DNA from: Alphaproteobacteria bacterium | GTDB taxonomy: Bacteria; Pseudomonadota; Alphaproteobacteria; UBA7887 | DNA: 64,000 nt | Direction of reading: 5' to 3' | Assembly (NCBI GenBank): GCA_965214495.1 | Contig: OZ243958.1 | Location: 1,301,989-1,365,988 of the forward strand | Part shown: positions 9,131-18,215 of the stretch, in pieces | Numbering within the stretch: position 1 is the stretch's first letter | How the letters are laid out: each line of letters opens with the position of its first letter | The notes under the pieces: generated by a model | Told to the model about the DNA's origin: nothing | Database searches by the model: none | The model's input: only the letters and a program-made list of their open reading frames with translations | Made by a program: the position numbers and the translations under genes

Positions 9131-10445
9131 ATCATTAGTGTCCGGTTAAAAAGTGAATAGATTCAGTTGGTTAGTTATTTCCGTCTGGTTGCAACTGTAT
9201 TGGCTTCCGGCAAGTGCTTGAGACAGAGGCATTTTTTCGAACAAGGAGACCGAGAGGATCTGCAGCAAAGTGTAGAGCGAGGCGTCGAGGTGGAGCCGCT
9301 TCTTGGCGATGGCGACGAGGACGTAGACCGAGACGGCGATCCAGATCTGCGTCTTCACGGCGTTCTCCGAAGTGCCGTAGAATCGCTTGATGCGAAGATG
9401 CTGCTTGATCCACTTGAAGAACAACTCGACCTGCCAGCGGCTCTTGTAGAGCGCACAGACGGTCGGCGCCGCCAGTGTGAAGTTGTTGGTGATGAACACC
9501 AGCGTCCTGGCGGTCTCGGGATCCTTGAAGCGGATGCGGCGCAGATGTTCGGGGTAGTTCCGGCTGGTGAGGTCGCCGTCGAGCGAGATGGTCTGGTCGC
9601 AGACGATGCCGCCCGCACGGTCCGCCGGCGCCGAGTAGACCCGATGGGCGTTCATGTTCGACTTGGCGCGAGTGACGAAGAAGGCCCCGGCCAGATGCAG
9701 GGCATGGAGGCGGGCGAAGTCGACATAGGCGCGATCCATGACGTAGATGGCTCCAGCCTCGGGCAGGAGAAGGTCGAGGGCATGGACGCCATGCAGCTTG
9801 CCGTCCGAGATGTGGATGAAGCTCGGAATGCTGCCCCGCAGATCGAGCAGGGTGTGCATCTTGACCGCCGCCTTGGCGGTGCGGAAGCGCGCCCACGGGA
9901 AGACCGACAGGCACAGGTCGATAATCGTCGCGTCCAGCGCGTAAACGGTGTTGGTCAGTTCCAGCCCCAGCCCCTCGTCGGCATACAGCTTCCGCGCCCG
10001 GACGATCAGCCGCTGAGCCAGCTCGGCATGGATGCGCCAGTCGCGACCCTCGTTGGCATCGGCCAGGGTCGAGCGCCGGACCGGCTGACGGAACCCCATG
10101 CGATAGAGCTTCGCGGCGTGGACCGAAAGGCAGGTCTCGATGTCGCGCAGGCTCTCGCGCCAAGTCAGTTGGGCGAAGGCCATGGCCCGGTATCGCTCGG
10201 CGCAGCTGAGCCTCCGGACCCGGCGGTCGCCATCGTAACGGGCGACGATCCGGGCAAACGTCGTCCACCGCACATAATCCATCAGCTGGGCGAACAGGAG
10301 CCTGCCGGCGTTCATGGGAGCCTCCGCGGAAAAATACCGCAAAGTGCCCCATCGCATTCAAATCGACACCACCCGTTCTCCGCCCCAAACCCGCAGAAAA
10401 CTTGACGTTCAGAAACCCGTACGATCAGTTAACCGGACAGCAGTG
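9131..10445 (-). mobile_element. IS4-family insertion sequence, copy B. It is identical to copy A and inverted.
   Basis: It is the reverse complement of copy A over its full length. Its right end abuts the IS1380 C-terminal part with the CTGCCGC duplication (9124-9130). Confidence 0.9.
9146..10357 (-). CDS. IS4-family DDE transposase, 403 aa (copy B)
   Basis: Its translation is identical to the ORF at 5202-6413. Confidence 0.9.
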   Translation of the reverse strand: MRWGTLRYFSAEAPMNAGRLLFAQLMDYVRWTTFARIVARYDGDRRVRRLSCAERYRAMAFAQLTWRESLRDIETCLSVHAAKLYRMGFRQPVRRSTLADANEGRDWRIHAELAQRLIVRARKLYADEGLGLELTNTVYALDATIIDLCLSVFPWARFRTAKAAVKMHTLLDLRGSIPSFIHISDGKLHGVHALDLLLPEAGAIYVMDRAYVDFARLHALHLAGAFFVTRAKSNMNAHRVYSAPADRAGGIVCDQTISLDGDLTSRNYPEHLRRIRFKDPETARTLVFITNNFTLAAPTVCALYKSRWQVELFFKWIKQHLRIKRFYGTSENAVKTQIWIAVSVYVLVAIAKKRLHLDASLYTLLQILSVSLFEKMPLSQALAGSQYSCNQTEITNQLNLFTF

Positions 10446-10647
10446 CACATCGATGTAAAACAACAAGCATTCGAGAGAAACCACAAAGCCGCCGAACGCC
10501 GCCGTAAGGACGTGAGCAGTTTTCATTTCCCGTTCTCTCCGACATTCGCCGGAGCCGAGAACCCCGCGCAACGTAAGCGGTGGAAGGGCTCGACAACCGC
10601 GCCGCGCTCGTCCCCGCCGACGAACGGCGGGTGGCGCGCCAGGTCGG

Positions 10648-11552
10648 TCATGACCCGGATAGCCGCTCGACTGCGGCCGCGTAGAACTTGGGAACGATCT
10701 CGGCGCCGCGGTAGCGCCTGCCTGAACGGCGGCAAACGACTGCGCCCGGACACAGGCCGCCGAAAGGCTCCCACACGGCATCGCCCTCGTCGGTCGAGAA
10801 GCGAACGATCAGGTCGATGAATGTGGGGGCTTTTGGCTCCCGTGCAGGCTCCTGAACTTGTATTTCATGCGCTCGCGCGCGCCCCGGATACGCTCCGCCC
10901 CTCCGACCTGCGGCGCGCGCCAGACGTTCGTCACGCCGATTGCGCAACGGAACTTCGCGCGAAGCCGCGCCCACACGCCCGCGGAAAGCGGTTGCGCGCC
11001 ATCCACGCTGAAATACGGGCGGCCCGCCGGATCGCCATGCGCGTTGGCGCAGCGCGCCATCTTCTCGAAGGCTTCCGGGGGCGGGTAATACTAGAGATGA
11101 TCGTCGGTCAGTTATTTCCGTGTCGCCGCATTGCGCACGCCGCGGGCTTCGTTCGCCAACCGGAACGGAAGGCCCGACCGCTTCCATTCGTGGCGAAGCC
11201 AGTCCTTCATCGACAACGTCCGACCATCAGCCCGGAATTCGGCGCTCCTCACATAATGCGCGCAGACTTCGGTGACGACGGGAAATTTGCGCAGGGTTCG
11301 GCTACTCGTGTCTCCGGCGACATGCCCCATTCCCTTGTCCCATATGTTGCAGCATCGGTATTCCCAGCCGTTCGCCGCCAGCGTCGGATGCACGGTGGCC
11401 CATCCCAGTTCCGTATTCCAGAACCATAGCGTCGTCTCCGGCGTGGCGCGTTCGGACCAGGCCCGAACGTGCGGCTCATACCATTGCGCGAGCCCTGCGG
11501 CCTCGTGGCCGTCCCCCGGAAAGCCGCCGCCCCCGTAAGGACCGTCGGACAC
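10648..11552 (-). pseudogene. N6/N4 DNA methyltransferase remnant (PF01555-like), frameshifted and N-terminally truncated
   Basis: Two overlapping minus-strand ORFs, 11112-11552 and 10648-11187, sit in different frames. They carry …SDGPYGG…CNIWDKGMG… and …EPFGGLCPGAVV..RRSGRRYRGAEIVPKFYAAAVERL… (compare DPFxGSGTT…LGRRyIGIE…Y). No single intact frame exists. Confidence 0.55.
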
Positions 11553-11730
11553 GATGCAGACCGGCGCCGGCCAGAGTCCGGACAGACGTTACAGACGTTC
11601 CGCGCGGTCGCAATGAATGGCGGCCTCGCCGCGCGTATAAACCGCGCCAGTAACGGGTCCGGCCCGGTCTTCGCGCTCTTCGGGAAAGAGCGTTCGGGTC
11701 TCGGCCGACCTCGGCTTCAACGATGGGTCT

Positions 11731-12768
11731 CTACGACGGCGGCCGTTGCAAGGCGGCGGCGTTGACGCAGTTTCGCAACGCGCCGTCGGCGAGATAGTCG
11801 TAACAGGTCATGACCGCGCTCTCGCGCATCTGGCGGATCGCCGTGGGGCTGTAGAACGCGGCATGGGGCGTGATGACGCAACGCCCGTCGAGCCAATCCT
11901 CGCGCGCCCGCCATGCGGCGATCAACGGATGGTCAGGCGGCGGCGGTTCGGTCTCGAACACGTCGAGCCCCACCGCGCCGATACGTCCCGATTTCAGTCC
12001 CTCGAAGAGGGCGTCGAGGTCGATCACGCCGCCGCGCGCGGTGTTGACGACGATCGCGCCCGGCCTCAGCGCCGCCACCGCCGCCGGGCCGATCAGATGG
12101 CGGGTCTCGTCGTTCAACAGGCAGTGGATGGTGACGATGTCCGACGCATCCAACAGCTCTTCGAGCGTGCGCGCCCGATCGATGCCGAGCGCGAGCTCGT
12201 AACCGCTCGGAACATGCGGGTCGTAGCCCACCACCGACATGCCGAACGCCTTGGCGCGCAGCGCGGCGGCGCTGCCGATGCGCCCGAACCCGATGACGCC
12301 GAAGGTCAGTTCGCCGAGCCGCGATACGCAAGGCGCATGGCGAAAGCTCCATCCCTTCGCCGAATCGTCGCGAAACGCCTCGTCGTAGCGCACGATCCCG
12401 CGCACCAGCGACAACGCCAGCGTGATCGCGTGGTCGGCAACCTCGGTCGTGCCGTAGTCGGGCACGTTGCAGATGGGGATGCCGCGCCGCGCCGCCGCCG
12501 CGGTGTCGATCATGTCGTAACCGACGCCAAGGCGACAGATGATGCGCAGACGCGGCGCCCGGTCGAACACCGCGTCGTCGATCGGCATCAGCAGGCCGGT
12601 GACCATCGCATCGACCTGGCGCCACTCCGCGTCGTCGATGCCGGAAGGATCCGATTCGAAGCGTTGCGAGAGGCTTACCGAATCCGGCACCGCCGCACGT
12701 TCGAAGGCGAAGTCATCGACCGACCGGATGTCCGGATAGAGGATTCGGTATGCGCTCACGCGGGCGGC
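11731..12768 (-). CDS. D-isomer-specific 2-hydroxyacid dehydrogenase family, NAD-binding (~346 aa)
   Basis: It carries …GVIGFGRIGSAAALRAKAFGM… (GxGxxG) and the catalytic region …VNTARGGVIDLDAL…GLDVFETEP…. The start is inferred at VSAYRILYP, since the ORF upstream extension overlaps the dehydratase. Confidence 0.8.
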   Translation of the reverse strand, partial: AARVSAYRILYPDIRSVDDFAFERAAVPDSVSLSQRFESDPSGIDDAEWRQVDAMVTGLLMPIDDAVFDRAPRLRIICRLGVGYDMIDTAAAARRGIPICNVPDYGTTEVADHAITLALSLVRGIVRYDEAFRDDSAKGWSFRHAPCVSRLGELTFGVIGFGRIGSAAALRAKAFGMSVVGYDPHVPSGYELALGIDRARTLEELLDASDIVTIHCLLNDETRHLIGPAAVAALRPGAIVVNTARGGVIDLDALFEGLKSGRIGAVGLDVFETEPPPPDHPLIAAWRAREDWLDGRCVITPHAAFYSPTAIRQMRESAVMTCYDYLADGALRNCVNAAALQRPPS

Positions 12769-12769
12769 C

Positions 12770-14506
12770 TCAGTGCGAGGCGCGCGGCACGGCGCTGCCG
12801 CTGCCGCCGCGCAGGAAGTCGAAATCGACGCCTTCGTCGGCCTGCAACACGTGATCGACGTAGAGCCTGGCGTAGCCGCGCTCGGCAGGAGGCTTCGGCG
12901 GCGTCCACGCGGCGCGGCGGCGTTCGAGCTCCGCATCGCTCACTTCGAGGGTGAGCCGACGGTTGTCCACGTCGAGGACGATCGTGTCGCCGTTCTCCAC
13001 CAGCGCGAGCGGGCCGCCGAGCGCCGACTCGGGCGCCACGTGCAACACCACCGTGCCGAAACAAGTGCCGCTCATGCGGGCGTCGGAAATGCGCACCATG
13101 TCGTCGATGCCCTTCTCTAGCACTCTCTTTGGCAGCGGCAGGTTGCCCACCTCGGGCATCCCCGGATAGCCGCGCGGGCCGGCGTTCTTGAGCACCATCA
13201 CGCAGGTTTCGTCGATGTCGAGCGCCGGGTCGTCCAAGCGACGGTGCAGGTCCTCGATACTGTCGAAGACCACCGCGCGGCCGCGATGGCGCATCAGGGC
13301 GTCGGTCGCCGCCGACTGCTTGATCACCGCGCCGTCGGGACAGAGATTGCCGCGCAGGACGACCGTGCCGGCGCCTTCGCTCAGCGGCTTCGCCCGGGTT
13401 TTGATGACCTTCTCGTTGTAGTTCGCAGCGCTGGCGACGTTCTCGCCCAGCGTGCGCCCCGAAACGGTCGGTGCGTTGGTGTGCAGAAGCGGGCCGAGTT
13501 CCTTCATCACCGCCGGCAGGCCGCCGGCGTAGTAGAAATCCTCCATCAGATACTCGCCGGAGGGTTGCAGGTTGACGAGGAACGGCACGTCGCGGATGAG
13601 GTCGTTGAAGTCGTCGAGCCGCAATTGCACGCCGAGCCGCCCCGCGATCGCCAGCAGGTGAACGATGGCGTTGGTCGAGCCGCCGATCGCGGCGTTTACC
13701 CGGATCGCGTTCTCGAAGGCGTCTCGGGTAAGGACCTTCGAGATGGTGAGGTCTTCCTCGACCATCTCGACAATGCGCTGGCCGGCATATTCGGCGAGCG
13801 CGTAGCGGCGCGAATCGACCGCCGGGATGGCGGCGCCGGTGGGCAGTTGCAGGCCGAGCGCTTCGCACATGCTCGCCATGGTCGAGGCGGTGCCCATGGT
13901 CATGCAGTGCCCGGCGGAGCGACTGAGGCAGGCTTCGGCGTCGAGGAAGTCTTCAAGCGACATCTTGCCGGTGCGCAGGTCGTCGGAGAACCGCCACACG
14001 TCGGTACCGGAGCCGATGTCGCGTCCGCGGAACTTGCCGTTGAGCATCGGCCCGCCGGTAACCACGATGGTCGGCAGATCGACGCTCGCGGCGCCCATCA
14101 CCTGCGCCGGAGTGGTCTTGTCGCACCCGCACAGCAGGACCACGGCGTCGAAGGGGTTGGCGCGGATCGATTCTTCGACGTCCATCGACATCAGGTTGCG
14201 GAACAGCATGGTGGTCGGCCGCATTACCGGCTCGCCGAGCGACATGGTGGGGAACACGAGGGGGAACCCGCCGGCGCGATAGACCCCGCGCTTGACCGCT
14301 TCGGCGACGCGCCCCAGATGCGCGTTGCACGGCGTGACCTCCGACATCGAATTGGCGATGCCGATGACCGGCCGGCCGTCGAAATTGGTGGCCGCGAATC
14401 CTTGATTCTTCATCCACGACCGGTGGAGGAAGCCGAGCATGTCGGCGCCGCCGAACCAACCCGCGCTACGCAGCCTCTTGCCGTTATTCTTGCTGTTGCC
14501 CGCCAT
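12770..14506 (-). CDS. IlvD/EDD-family dehydratase, a sugar-acid (pentonate/aldonate)-type dihydroxy-acid dehydratase, ~578 aa
   Basis: It shows full-length similarity to the IlvD/EDD family (CDKTTP, …SGTCFGTVVLHVAPE…). Its stop is adjacent to the downstream dehydrogenase start. Confidence 0.85.
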   Translation of the reverse strand: MAGNSKNNGKRLRSAGWFGGADMLGFLHRSWMKNQGFAATNFDGRPVIGIANSMSEVTPCNAHLGRVAEAVKRGVYRAGGFPLVFPTMSLGEPVMRPTTMLFRNLMSMDVEESIRANPFDAVVLLCGCDKTTPAQVMGAASVDLPTIVVTGGPMLNGKFRGRDIGSGTDVWRFSDDLRTGKMSLEDFLDAEACLSRSAGHCMTMGTASTMASMCEALGLQLPTGAAIPAVDSRRYALAEYAGQRIVEMVEEDLTISKVLTRDAFENAIRVNAAIGGSTNAIVHLLAIAGRLGVQLRLDDFNDLIRDVPFLVNLQPSGEYLMEDFYYAGGLPAVMKELGPLLHTNAPTVSGRTLGENVASAANYNEKVIKTRAKPLSEGAGTVVLRGNLCPDGAVIKQSAATDALMRHRGRAVVFDSIEDLHRRLDDPALDIDETCVMVLKNAGPRGYPGMPEVGNLPLPKRVLEKGIDDMVRISDARMSGTCFGTVVLHVAPESALGGPLALVENGDTIVLDVDNRRLTLEVSDAELERRRAAWTPPKPPAERGYARLYVDHVLQADEGVDFDFLRGGSGSAVPRASH

Positions 14507-14723
14507 CGCCGCCTCCTCCATGAACCCCATCGTTCATAGACCGGGCGCCCGCGGCGGTCAAAGGACGCGGCTTCCCCGGCCGAACGGAACCACGAGGAAG
14601 CGGTTCGGAGATCCGCGGCGCGATGCTGGAATGCGTCGATCCCGTGTGCGATGATGTTCTTGTTGTATCGTCGGAGTTGGCGCGACCGACGCGGAGAGTT
14701 CGGTATCGGTCGGGAGAACGTCG

Positions 14724-14978
14724 ATGACCGCGCAGGATCGAATGACGATTGGCGGGCTCGTATTGCTGGCGGTGTCGATCGTCGGCATCGCCGCCCTGAC
14801 GGTCGCGCTGTTCGATTGGCTGCGCGACGACATGGCCGACATGGGCGCCGACGTCGTTGCGCCCCGCGATGGACAGAACGAGCTTCGCAAACGGTTAGCG
14901 CGGATGGAGGACACGGTCGCCGGCGCGCTGACCCGCCCGAACCTGTTCGCGGGCGATCCGGCCGCGGCTACGCCCTGA
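14724..14978 (+). CDS. Small hypothetical membrane protein (84 aa, one transmembrane segment)
   Basis: An ORF with RBS GGGAGA 6 nt upstream of the ATG and a hydrophobic segment GGLVLLAVSIVGIAALTVALF. No family was recognised. Confidence 0.3.
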   Translation: MTAQDRMTIGGLVLLAVSIVGIAALTVALFDWLRDDMADMGADVVAPRDGQNELRKRLARMEDTVAGALTRPNLFAGDPAAATP

Positions 14979-15221
14979 CCGGCGGCGAATTCGCGGTCGC
15001 GAGTCGCTGCGGCCCCGCGCCCTGAATGCGGGCAAGACGCCGGCGCGCCAGGAGGACGGCATGAAGCTTGCGCCTGAACGAAGTCTTCTCGCTAACGCCG
15101 ATGCTGGAATGCGGACAGCGAGAAAACGCTGCACGCTTCTCGCCCTCGTCAACGTGCGGAGTGACCATCCAGGCCGATTATGCGCGTCCTGTAGTTCCCC
15201 GGTTTCCGACAAGGAGGCACT

Positions 15222-15431
15222 ATGCAACTTACGGCGGTACTGATACCCGCACGGGAGGGGGGGTTCGTGGCGACGAATCCCGAAACCGGCACGACGACGC
15301 AAGGCGAGACCGTCGAGGAGGCATTGGCCAACCTGCGGGAAGCGACGGAGCTCTATCTGGAGGAGGTTCCGGCAGAATCGTACGGGAGGCCGTTATTGAC
15401 GACGATCGAAGTTCGTCCCCGTGCCGCCTAG
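15222..15431 (+). CDS. hicB: HicB-family antitoxin (UPF0150), 69 aa
   Basis: MQLTAVLIPAREGGFVATNPETG…GETVEEALANLREATELYLEE matches the HicB N-domain. It overlaps the downstream hicA by 11 bp. Confidence 0.75.
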   Translation: MQLTAVLIPAREGGFVATNPETGTTTQGETVEEALANLREATELYLEEVPAESYGRPLLTTIEVRPRAA

Positions 15432-15648
15432 CCTGTCGAACCTATCCGGTCGGAGAACCCGGCGCGCTCTTGAGAAGCTCGGGTTCACAGTGTCACGTCA
15501 ACGAGGAAGCCATGTCGTCATGCGCCGCGGCTCGTCGGTTTGCGTCGTGCCCGATCATCGCGAACTCAAAACCGGGACGTTGTCCGGCATATTGAAACAG
15601 GCCGGCCTGTCTCGCGACGAGTTCGCGTCCGCTCTCGCCGACGTCTGA
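15421..15648 (+). CDS. hicA: HicA-family mRNA interferase toxin, 75 aa
   Basis: …GFTVSRQRGSHVVMRRGSSVCVVPDHRELKTGTLSGILKQAGLS… matches the HicA/YcfA fold motif. Confidence 0.75.
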   Translation: MPPSLSNLSGRRTRRALEKLGFTVSRQRGSHVVMRRGSSVCVVPDHRELKTGTLSGILKQAGLSRDEFASALADV

Positions 15649-15755
15649 CAACGCACGGCGCGGCTTGTGTCCCGTTTCCCCGCGCCGCGGCCTTGTTCGT
15701 CGCGCCCCGAACGCCGACCGACGTTACAAGCGGCGCGGGCCGACCCGTCGCGGCA

Positions 15756-16907
15756 TCAGAACGCCCGTTCGTAGATCGCCAGCGCGTCGTCATAGGTCAC
15801 GTCGCGCGGGTTGTTGACCAGCAGCCGCTGCTGCTTCATCGCCTCTTCGGCCAGCATCGGCAGATGGTTGTGGCTGATGCCGACCTGGCGCAGCCGGCTC
15901 TCGATGCCGAGATCGTCGATCAATCCCTCGAAGCCCTCGATCAGGCGCTCCGACAGGTTTCCTTCCGTGCCCGTGAGATGAGGCATGGCGAGCTGCGCCA
16001 CCTCGGCATACTGCTCTGCGGCCGCCGGCGCGTTGAAGCGCATCACGTGCGGCAACACCAGCGCGTTCGACAAGCCGTGCGCGACATGAAAATGGCCGCC
16101 GACCGGGTAAGCGAGCGCGTGCACTGCGGCGCAAGGCGCGTTGGAGAAGGCCATACCCGCCAGCATCGAACCCAGCAACATGCCGGCACGCGCCTCGGTG
16201 TCCGAACCGTCGTCGCAGGCGCGGCGGATATGGCGCCCGAGCAACGACAGGGCGCGGCGCGCCAGGACGTCCGAAACCGGGTTTTTCCGGTGCCTTGTCG
16301 TGTAGGCCTCCAGCGCATGCACCATCGCATCGATTCCGGTCGCAGCGGTCGTATGCCGGGGCAGGCCGAAAGTCAGCTCGGCGTCGAGGATCGCCCAGTC
16401 CGCGTAGAGGATCGGCGACACGACCCCCATCTTGGTGGTCGCGCCGGTGGTGACGATGGCGATCGGGGTCATTTCCGACCCGGTGCCTGCGGTCGTGGGA
16501 ATCTGGATCAGGGGCAGCCGGGCACCGCGCGCGTTCCCGACCCCGTAGGCCTCGGCTAGAGACTGTTCGGACCGCGCCAGAAACGCCGCAAGCTTGGCCA
16601 CATCCATCGAACTGCCGCCGCCGAAGCCGACGACGCCGTCCACCCGCGCCTCGCGTGCGAGCGCCGCCGCCCGGAGAACCGTCGCTTCCGCCGGATCGGC
16701 CTCGACCTCGGCGAAGACTTCCAGCCCCACCCCGGCCTCGGCGAGGCTCGTCGCCGCGGCGCGCGGCAGATCGAGCTCGGCGATGCCGGGGTCGGTAACC
16801 AGCAGGATCCGTTCGACGCCGAGCCCCCGCGCCACCTCGCCGAGACGGGCGGAACCGCCGGGTTCGGACAGAAACGACTTGACCGTGTGAAACTCGAACC
16901 CCGTCAT
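15756..16907 (-). CDS. Iron-containing alcohol dehydrogenase family, 384 aa
   Basis: It has the Fe-ADH motifs GGGSSMDVAK, …HALEAYT…, …HGLSNALVLPHVMRFN…. The start is at MTGFEF (ATG 16905-16907). Confidence 0.85.
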   Translation of the reverse strand: MTGFEFHTVKSFLSEPGGSARLGEVARGLGVERILLVTDPGIAELDLPRAAATSLAEAGVGLEVFAEVEADPAEATVLRAAALAREARVDGVVGFGGGSSMDVAKLAAFLARSEQSLAEAYGVGNARGARLPLIQIPTTAGTGSEMTPIAIVTTGATTKMGVVSPILYADWAILDAELTFGLPRHTTAATGIDAMVHALEAYTTRHRKNPVSDVLARRALSLLGRHIRRACDDGSDTEARAGMLLGSMLAGMAFSNAPCAAVHALAYPVGGHFHVAHGLSNALVLPHVMRFNAPAAAEQYAEVAQLAMPHLTGTEGNLSERLIEGFEGLIDDLGIESRLRQVGISHNHLPMLAEEAMKQQRLLVNNPRDVTYDDALAIYERAF

Positions 16908-16968
16908 CGCATCTTCTTCCTTCCCTGCCGGTCGGCCCGGCCTTTCACACGCCTGCGCCGCCGAACGA

Positions 16969-18192
16969 TCACCGGTCACCGATATCGGCGTCGCCCTGCG
17001 CTTCTGCGGCGCCGTCACGCACGATTCCGTCGGCGACCAGCTTCTCGATCTCGCCGGCGTCGTAGCCGATCTCGACAAGGATTTCTGTCGATTGCGCGCC
17101 CAGCGGTTGCGGTGCGCGCCGCACCTCCGGCCGCGCGCCGTCATAGCGCACCGGATGCGCAACCAGCGTCAACGGCGCGCCGCCGGCCGTCTCCGTCTCG
17201 ACGAACGAGCCGTTGTGTCGCACCTGCGGGTCGTCCATCGTCGCGCCGTAGTCGTTGACCGGCGCGAACCACAGGCGCTCGCGCCGCAACCGTTCGCCGA
17301 GCGCCGCGTTGTCGAGATCGGCGACCGCCTTCTGAACCTTCGCCGCGACCTCGCCGTTGCGCGCGAACGCTTCGGCCTGATCGACGTCGACAAATTCCGG
17401 CAGGTCGAGCGCCCGGGCGACCGCCGCCATCGGGCCGAGCGAGATCGCCATGTGGCCGTCGGCGGTCCGATACACCCCGTAGGGGGCGGGGAAATGCCAC
17501 CCGGCGATCGGCGCCGGCGGCCGCGTCTCCATCGGCGGCCCGTTGGCGAAGCACACGAACGACTCCATTTGCAGATCGAGCGCGGCGGACAGCAGATCGA
17601 CGTCGACCCGGCACCCCTCGCCGGTCCGGGCGCGGCGGAACAGAGCCGCCAGCACGGCCATGGCCAGCAGCGCGGCGCCGTGGTGGTCGGCGGCGGTGAC
17701 TCCCACCGGAGTCGGCGCCTGGCCTCGCGCACCGGTGACGTGTGCGAGGCCCGACATCGCCTGGATCAGCAAATCCTGCCCCGGGCGGTCTCGATAGGGG
17801 CCGTCGGGGCCGAAACCCGAGGCGGCGGCATACACGATGCCGGGCTTGATCGCGCGCGCCGCGTCGTAGCCGAAACCCAGCTTGTCGGCGACACCGGGGC
17901 GGAAGTTCTCGCACAACACATCGGCGCGTGCGATCAGGCGTTCCACGATCGCGCGTGCCGCCGGCGCCTTCAGGTCGAGTGCCAGCGACCGCTTGTTTCG
18001 GTTGGCGCAGAGTTGCAGCACGGTTTCGCCATCGACCCGCCGATCGGCGCCGCCCCAGCGACGCTGAAACGCACCGTCCGGCGGTTCAACCGCGATCACG
18101 TCGGCGCCGAGATCACCCAGCGCCTGCATCGCCATCGGTCCGAGCAGAAAATGATTGAAGCTGAGCACACGAACACCGTCGAGCATCGCCAT
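16969..18192 (-). CDS. CoA-transferase family III (CaiB/BaiF/Frc-like), ~407 aa
   Basis: …VRVLSFNHFLLGPMAMQALGDLGADVIAVE…NRNKRSLALDLK… are classic family III motifs. The start is inferred at the ATG with a GAGGGG RBS. The long upstream ORF extension is an artefact. Confidence 0.8.
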   Translation of the reverse strand: MAMLDGVRVLSFNHFLLGPMAMQALGDLGADVIAVEPPDGAFQRRWGGADRRVDGETVLQLCANRNKRSLALDLKAPAARAIVERLIARADVLCENFRPGVADKLGFGYDAARAIKPGIVYAAASGFGPDGPYRDRPGQDLLIQAMSGLAHVTGARGQAPTPVGVTAADHHGAALLAMAVLAALFRRARTGEGCRVDVDLLSAALDLQMESFVCFANGPPMETRPPAPIAGWHFPAPYGVYRTADGHMAISLGPMAAVARALDLPEFVDVDQAEAFARNGEVAAKVQKAVADLDNAALGERLRRERLWFAPVNDYGATMDDPQVRHNGSFVETETAGGAPLTLVAHPVRYDGARPEVRRAPQPLGAQSTEILVEIGYDAGEIEKLVADGIVRDGAAEAQGDADIGDR

Positions 18193-18215
18193 CACCCGCC
18201 CCTCATCGTGCATTT

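Noticed and set aside
12756-14539. Large overlapping ORFs (370 aa on the minus strand, 431 aa on the plus strand) across the dehydratase gene
   Set aside because: They are Arg/Ala-rich alternative-frame products with no family resemblance. The IlvD/EDD frame is the real gene.
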